NCBI GenBank assembly: GCA_963850905.1
Contig: CAWKMU010000003.1
Coordinates: forward strand, 736,001 to 800,000
Reading direction: 5' to 3'
Length of the DNA stretch: 64,000 bases
Source: an uncultured Gemmatimonadales bacterium
Lineage (GTDB): Bacteria > Gemmatimonadota > Gemmatimonadetes > Gemmatimonadales > Gemmatimonadaceae
How positions within the stretch are numbered: the first letter of the stretch is position 1; every line of letters starts with the position of its first letter. Under the pieces are notes generated by a model. It was given only the letters and a program-made list of their open reading frames with translations, was not told where the DNA came from and made no database searches. The translations under genes and the position numbers were made by a program. Positions 58,465-64,000 of this stretch are shown here, one piece after another.

Positions 58465-59023
58465 TTAGAACGTTATTCCCACCGTCAGCGGAATGAACTG
58501 CGGATTGAACGCCGACTGGAACGCGTAGTGGTAGCGGGACTCGACGAAGAGCGACAGCGACGAGAGGCCGAATCGGAACCCCGCGCCGCCGTTGATACCG
58601 AAGGCGTTGTTGTGAATGTTGCCGCCGGCACTGACACTCGAGTTGTTGACCGAAATGTCATAACTATCGTTGTAGTACCCGACGCCCCCGATCAGGTAGG
58701 GCGTAACGCCTTTCCCCTGCGTGATGTTCCACACGACGTTCGCGTTGAGTGTCCACATCTGGAGCGTCCCAGCGGACACGCCCGGCGACGATTGCATCTC
58801 GGTTGAACATCCCGTCGACCCGGAGGTTGACCGGCCAGGTGGGCATCCCGATCCCCAGCGAGGCCAGCACGTTGTATCCGGTTTTGTACGAGTTGCCGAG
58901 GGTGCTCAGGGGCCATGTGGCACCGCCGCCGGCACTAAAGGTGAGTTGGGCGCGCGCGGAACTGAGCGGGACGCTGAAGCAAGCGGCGACGGCCGCGGCC
59001 TGCAGTGCACGACGAATGGACAT
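58465..59023 (-). CDS. Outer-membrane 8-stranded beta-barrel (porin/OmpA-like) protein; apparent +1 indel near 58801
   Basis: Signal peptide ..ARAQ, LRVDGMFN, then in the shifted frame TPYLIGGVGYY, FGINGGAG and a C-terminal IPLTVGITF. Confidence 0.85.
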
Positions 59024-59110
59024 GGAGTGCGTTCTCCGATAAGGTGGCGCTGATGCAGTCACGATCGGAGTAAAGCAAGGCCCGTGCGAGCCGCTGGGCC
59101 GTTCCGTGGT

Positions 59111-60733
59111 TCAGATGCCGAGCTTGGCCTTGGACCAGACGACGATGTTCACACAGTCGGGCTTGATGACACCCGGGAGCGAGTGCGGCACCTGGCTCGG
59201 CAGGTAAATCTCGATCGCGCCGATCTCGCTGGGGCGGATGTACGTGTCCATGTCCCCTTCTTCCAGCTCGTCGTACGGTGTGCCATCAATGACATAGGTC
59301 AGACACGGCCCACAGTTCTCACCAACCGTCGGGGTCGGCTCACCGTTCGACCCCGTCGCGTAGCCGATGCAGGAGCCCGCCGCCCGCGAGGCCATGAGCG
59401 ACGCCCGTCCCTGTTCGTTGTAGTCGATCATGACGCCGGTAAACGTGCCGAAAAGGTCGTGGAACTCGTTCGCCTTGTGCGAATCGATCACGTCCGCCGT
59501 CCAGAATGTCCCCATCCCCGAGGTCTTCCGCGCGTCGAATCCGACACGCTTGAGCCCCGAATCGTAGCGCGCGGAGATGACGACCGGCGGGAGTGCTCGC
59601 ACCGTGCGGGCGTTGAACTGCACGGTGATGTGCAGCGGCGCTCGACTGGTCAGCTCGACGGGCATCGTCACCGGCTCGTACCCCACCTCGCGGACGACCA
59701 GGATGCGGGTGCCCGACGGCAACTGCCGCAGCGCGAAGTCTCCGCCGCTGCTCGTCACCGCTGAATCCGACGCCCCGACCACGAACACGTGTGCACCAAC
59801 GACCGGCTGCGTGGTCAACGGGTTCATCACGTGTCCCGTGAGCTGCGCCGAGCCTACCACGTACCGATGCGTCAGATCCGCTCGGCGCACCGCCGTTGAC
59901 GCGGGTGGGGTCGCACCCGTCGCCTTGCCCGCCTGGCTATCGGGCACGGTCGCGGTCGCAGCCAACGACGCGATCGTGGGCGCCGCCAAGGCGGCCATAT
60001 GCAGGGTGATCAGGGTGATCAGGTTCCCTTGAATCCGGACCGGACGACTCACGTCCGACGCTGCCGCAGCCGCACCACCGTCGCGGCGCACCGCGTGCAG
60101 GCTGCCATTGAGATCCAACGGCAGATAGCACAAGCGGAATTGTCCGCCGAGACTCGTCATCGCGTCGCGCGTGTGGCGATCGCGATGGAACCCGACTTGT
60201 TGGCCGACCTGGATCTCCAGCCAATTGACCGAGACCTCGACGTTGCTGATCGGCCGGTCCGTATCCGCATCGAGCACGCGTCCGATGATCTCCGCCGGAC
60301 CTTGGGAGTCAGGGGTGTGCACGCCGCCTGGACGCACCACGTCGCGGCACGCCGACTCCGCGAGCACGGTCGCCGACGGCGTCGCGAGTGTCACCAGCAG
60401 GGTATCGCCAGCCCGGACTGTCAGTGGCGGCGACGCCACCCCCGCGCCGAGCGAATCGAGCAGCGGGTGAAATACCCCCAGCCGGACTGGCCCCGCAGTG
60501 ACCGAATCGAAATGGAAGTTGCCGTCCGCGTCCGTGCGCGCCACGCGCGCCGTCCCCTCGATCTGCACGTCCGCGTGCGTCAGCGGGGTGTTGTGCAAGC
60601 TGTCGATCACCACACCCACGATCGTTCCGGACCGCGGCGCAGGCTGCTGCGCCCCGAGCGCCACACCCCCCGCGCACGTCAGCGCCAGCGCCGGGACCAG
60701 CCAGGCTCGCAAACGGTGAGTTGGAGGCGGCAT
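59111..60733 (-). CDS. Protein with multiple carboxypeptidase-regulatory-like domains and a C-terminal TonB plug-like domain
   Basis: Three repeats of G.V.D...P.....V...T...G.F; C-terminal YVIDG..EIGAIEIY..VVWSK. Confidence 0.8.
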   Translation of the reverse strand: MPPPTHRLRAWLVPALALTCAGGVALGAQQPAPRSGTIVGVVIDSLHNTPLTHADVQIEGTARVARTDADGNFHFDSVTAGPVRLGVFHPLLDSLGAGVASPPLTVRAGDTLLVTLATPSATVLAESACRDVVRPGGVHTPDSQGPAEIIGRVLDADTDRPISNVEVSVNWLEIQVGQQVGFHRDRHTRDAMTSLGGQFRLCYLPLDLNGSLHAVRRDGGAAAAASDVSRPVRIQGNLITLITLHMAALAAPTIASLAATATVPDSQAGKATGATPPASTAVRRADLTHRYVVGSAQLTGHVMNPLTTQPVVGAHVFVVGASDSAVTSSGGDFALRQLPSGTRILVVREVGYEPVTMPVELTSRAPLHITVQFNARTVRALPPVVISARYDSGLKRVGFDARKTSGMGTFWTADVIDSHKANEFHDLFGTFTGVMIDYNEQGRASLMASRAAGSCIGYATGSNGEPTPTVGENCGPCLTYVIDGTPYDELEEGDMDTYIRPSEIGAIEIYLPSQVPHSLPGVIKPDCVNIVVWSKAKLGI

Positions 60734-60786
60734 GTGGGGAAAAATACACGCCTGCGCGGGGCAGGGTCCCGCTGAAACTTTGACCG

Positions 60787-60948
60787 CGGGGTCAGTGATC
60801 ACGGGCCCGGGGGTCAGGTCAACAAATCGTTAGGGCGACCGCGCGCACCGTGGGTGGCCTTGGACCGGTAGGGGCGACGCATTGCGTCGCCCGTTGTTGT
60901 CGTTGCGGTTGTCGTTCCCTGACCCCTGACCCCTGACCGCCGCAGTTT
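60787..60948. repeat. Composite element with GTAG-REP (60868)
   Basis: GGGGTCA units, REP, GTTGTTGTCGTTGCGGTTGTCGTT tail and TGACCCC arm. Confidence 0.85.
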
Positions 60949-60957
60949 GCCTTACCC

Positions 60958-63900
60958 TTACCAGCCCGGCAACAGGACAAACCCATACTGGTTCCCCACT
61001 CCCGGCCGCTGGAATGGACGCGCCACGTAGAACTCGCCGACGAGGTAGCCCAAAATGTTGACGCGCGCGGCCACCCCTGCGCTGAACACCGGGATGTTGC
61101 GCTGGTCGTTCGGATTCAACGTCAGCTCGATGTGGCTCGTGCTCGACCACGCCAAGCCACCGTCCAGGAAGGGCGCAATCTCGGTCGGCAGGTAGGGGAA
61201 GTTGATCAGGCCGAATTGCGGCACGCCGAGCAACGGGATGCGGAGCTCGATGTTCCCGACCGCCATGCGACTGCCGAGCAAACGGTTCAACAGCGGACAC
61301 GAACCGACGCCCGTGAACAACGACGGGCACTCCGAGGCGTTGAACGTGGTGATGTCGTAGCCGCGGATGAAATAGGGGTCGCCGATGTACAGGGGCGACA
61401 GGCGCGGGTCTTCCGCGTCCTTCCCCCAGCGCCCGTATTGGTTGATGCGGAACGCCAGCGTGATCGGATTGGCGAAGAAGTAGCGACGATAGTCGACGTT
61501 CTCCGCGAAGAAATTCAGTGTGCCAAAGTACGGGTCGACCTCCAGGCGGTAACGTCCGCCCGCGATCGGCGAGGTAAAGCCGAAGTTCGAGTAGTCGACC
61601 ACGTAGGCCGCCGACGTCTGGAACAGGCTGAACCCCGGCGGCGTCGGGAGCGGCACCTGCTGCCCGACGAAATACACCGACCCGTTTTGCTCCTGGATGT
61701 ACTCGTCAGCGCGTAAGCCGTAGTGGATGTACGTGAATCCGCCCGCCAGCTCGAACCGCCGAGTCATCGAGAGCGGATACTGCCCGAACAGGTTCAGCTG
61801 CTCGTAGTAGGTGTACAGATACTGTTCCTGCAGCAGCGTCGCGGGCGTCTTCGTCCCGTTGGAGCTGACGAGGACCGTGTCGAACGCCGCGGTCCCCAAC
61901 TGCAGGTACGGGAGGTGCGAGATCGCCACGCCATAGTTCCAGCGATGCCCCAGGTTGATGTAGGCGGCCTGGCCACCGATGTCCTGGACCTGTCCCGAGG
62001 CCTGGATCGTTGCGGCGATGATGTGGTCCTCCAGCTCGTCGCCGAACTGGAGCGCGACGCCACCACCGGCACCCGTCCCAAAAGGACCGCCAAAGGCGAC
62101 ACCGACCCCCGCCGTCGCAATGCCATCGAGCTGGAACGTCGGCCGATACGGTGAGACTGCGAACTCGCGCTGCACCGGCAACCCCAGTCGAGCGTTGGCG
62201 ATCCGCTCCGTGATGACATCCGGCACGGCCGGCGGCTGCAGCCCCTGCGTCGACGACGTGTCGACCACCTGGTTGACGCCGGCCCCCGTCGCGTCGCTCG
62301 CCTCGAGAGTGTGGATCGAGTAGCTCTGACCCGGTCCCCGGAATACGTCGAACGCGAGTCGTCCGGTCTGCCGAGCCACGGACAGAGCCGGCGACTCATA
62401 GGTCAAGCCCGTGATCGCCGTCGCCACGCGCGTCACCCGCGTGATCGCGCCCGTCGCCAGGTTGACTCGGTAGACGTCCGAAATGCCATCGGGGTCGGCA
62501 ACGAAGAACAGCGACTGCCCGTCGCTACTGAACTGTGGGCTGATGTTCTTCGCGCGCCCGCCGAATAGCGGGAGCAACCGCGATGGATGATCCGGCTGGG
62601 TCATATCCATGACCGCGATCTGGAATGGCCGAAACTCCAGCAGATCCATGTTCGTCGGCGCGCCGCTGTCGGTCATGAAGGCCAGCGAGTGCCCATCAGG
62701 CGACCACGCCGGCTGCAGATGCGCGTACCGATTGTGCTCGAACTGCTTGGTCACCTTCGTCCGCAGGTCGTACAGGTACAGGTCGCTCCATCCCCCCGAC
62801 ATGCCGGACACCGCGAGCTGCGCCCCGTCCGGGCTCCACGCCATGCCCAAGACCTGCCCGACGCCCGGGAGGCGGATGTGGCGTTCGTCGAGGCCCTTGT
62901 CCACGTTGAAGATCTCGATCTCGACGCGGCCGTTCTCGAACGCGGGCACCGCCATGCGCTTACTGTCAGGGGACCAGGAGCCGGACGAATTGGTCCACGA
63001 CAGCACGTCGAAATGTGGGTTCGAGTTCGGGCTCGTGAGATGGTGCAGCACCTTCCCCGTCTTCGCGTCGGCCACGAGCAGGTCCTGGAACGGCAGCCCG
63101 CGAAACCGAATGAGCGAGATCTTGGATCCATCAGGGCTCAGCACTGGCGCGAGGTCGAAGGTGTTGAGCGTGAGCCTGCCGAAGGGCTGCTTCCCGAGCA
63201 GCTCCGGCATTGTCCTGGTCTTGGCGTCCGCGAGCAGCTGGGTCTTGATCGACGCGATCCACAGCTTCGACAGGGAGTCAGTCGTAATGCCCAGCACGGC
63301 CCGGACCGCCGGCTCGAGCCCCGATCGCAGCGAGGCGCGATAAATCGTCGGGATCACGCTGTCCCCGAACGTCCCGCCGATGAAGGCCCACATCGCCTCA
63401 CCGTAGCGATAGGCGAAGTACTTGGGGCTGTTCAGCTTCTTGATCCGCGGCAGGTCGTTCCGCAGCGCCGCGTCCCGCAGGAACATCGTGGTGTTGGGGT
63501 CGTACCGGCCGAGCGACAGGTACTCCGCCATTCCCTCGATCGACCACTGCGGCAGCCGCTCGACGTTACTCAGCCCCCCGCGTTGCGCCCCGGCGACGTC
63601 GAACTGGAACACGTGCACCAACTCGTGCCCCAGCACGTGGTTGTCGTCCCAGTACGCGCCGGTGAACGGCAGGAGCGCGCGGCTTCGAGATGGCTCGGTG
63701 ACGCCGCCGACTTCCTCCGGCAGATACCCGACCACGTTGTTTTGCTGGAATGCGGGGTCGTCCGCGTACAGCACGATGGGTTTCTTGGTGAACGTGTCCC
63801 GCATCGCCAGGGAGTGGCGCACGTACCAGCGCTCGGCCATCCGGGCGGCATCCTCGACCGCCAGCGATTCGGCCGGGTAGTAGTAGATGTCGAAATGCTC

Positions 63901-64000
63901 GGTGTGCAGCGTCGACCACTTGAAGGTCTGATAATTGACCTTGTTCTGACCGAAGTACTGCGCGTCTGCCCGCCGCGGGGCGCCGACGGCCATCAGGCAC
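60958..64000 (-). CDS. Peptidase-MA-like, PD40/TolB-propeller and BamA/TamA-type barrel outer-membrane protein (5' end probably outside the window)
   Basis: QYFGQNKV, HELVHVFQ (HExxH) with EGMAEY, WSPDG repeats, and barrel IRGY..ELRIP..C-terminal W. Confidence 0.85.
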   Translation of the reverse strand, partial: CLMAVGAPRRADAQYFGQNKVNYQTFKWSTLHTEHFDIYYYPAESLAVEDAARMAERWYVRHSLAMRDTFTKKPIVLYADDPAFQQNNVVGYLPEEVGGVTEPSRSRALLPFTGAYWDDNHVLGHELVHVFQFDVAGAQRGGLSNVERLPQWSIEGMAEYLSLGRYDPNTTMFLRDAALRNDLPRIKKLNSPKYFAYRYGEAMWAFIGGTFGDSVIPTIYRASLRSGLEPAVRAVLGITTDSLSKLWIASIKTQLLADAKTRTMPELLGKQPFGRLTLNTFDLAPVLSPDGSKISLIRFRGLPFQDLLVADAKTGKVLHHLTSPNSNPHFDVLSWTNSSGSWSPDSKRMAVPAFENGRVEIEIFNVDKGLDERHIRLPGVGQVLGMAWSPDGAQLAVSGMSGGWSDLYLYDLRTKVTKQFEHNRYAHLQPAWSPDGHSLAFMTDSGAPTNMDLLEFRPFQIAVMDMTQPDHPSRLLPLFGGRAKNISPQFSSDGQSLFFVADPDGISDVYRVNLATGAITRVTRVATAITGLTYESPALSVARQTGRLAFDVFRGPGQSYSIHTLEASDATGAGVNQVVDTSSTQGLQPPAVPDVITERIANARLGLPVQREFAVSPYRPTFQLDGIATAGVGVAFGGPFGTGAGGGVALQFGDELEDHIIAATIQASGQVQDIGGQAAYINLGHRWNYGVAISHLPYLQLGTAAFDTVLVSSNGTKTPATLLQEQYLYTYYEQLNLFGQYPLSMTRRFELAGGFTYIHYGLRADEYIQEQNGSVYFVGQQVPLPTPPGFSLFQTSAAYVVDYSNFGFTSPIAGGRYRLEVDPYFGTLNFFAENVDYRRYFFANPITLAFRINQYGRWGKDAEDPRLSPLYIGDPYFIRGYDITTFNASECPSLFTGVGSCPLLNRLLGSRMAVGNIELRIPLLGVPQFGLINFPYLPTEIAPFLDGGLAWSSTSHIELTLNPNDQRNIPVFSAGVAARVNILGYLVGEFYVARPFQRPGVGNQYGFVLLPGW

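Noticed and set aside
1..64000. tRNA (including tRNA-Sec) or rRNA genes
   Set aside because: No cloverleaf with a T-loop GTTCRA and acceptor stem, and no rRNA signature, was found by eye.

Overview
GC-rich bacterial chromosomal window. The gene content looks Gemmatimonadota-like, which is my inference and was not tested. Most of it is housekeeping and envelope genes: glnA, mqnD, a GAF histidine kinase with an HD-GYP response regulator, wrbA, an S41 protease, an SPFH protein, a cold-shock protein, an NrtR-like regulator, NlpC/P60, a GH3 hexosaminidase, yggX, a fatty-acid desaturase, pntAB, an M28 peptidase, a Crp-family regulator, Smr, a divergent arginine cluster (argC-B-D-GNAT / argR-G-H) and several TonB-dependent or outer-membrane proteins. 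I saw no rRNA, tRNA, CRISPR array, integrase or transposase. About nine apparent single-base frameshifts in conserved genes are probably assembly indels. Six observations stand out. (1) A thioredoxin-NHL gene has an in-frame UGA exactly at the first Cys of its CxxC motif (GUINC), followed by a bacterial-SECIS-like hairpin, making it a candidate selenoprotein. (2) Two paralogues carry a degenerate [FeFe]-hydrogenase/Nar1-like Fe-S domain; one is membrane-anchored and the other is divergent from a Crp/Fnr regulator. (3) An orphan two-gene cassette (GIY-YIG nuclease plus VirD4 coupling ATPase) sits behind an AT-rich promoter with palindromic operators. (4) A dense family of modular intergenic elements (heptamer arms, a covarying hairpin and a GTAG-REP) has all solitary REP copies on the + strand, and its termini supply the stop codons of neighbouring genes. 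(5) Many genes look leaderless. (6) A RepA-like gene apparently starts at a CTG overlapping the upstream stop codon.
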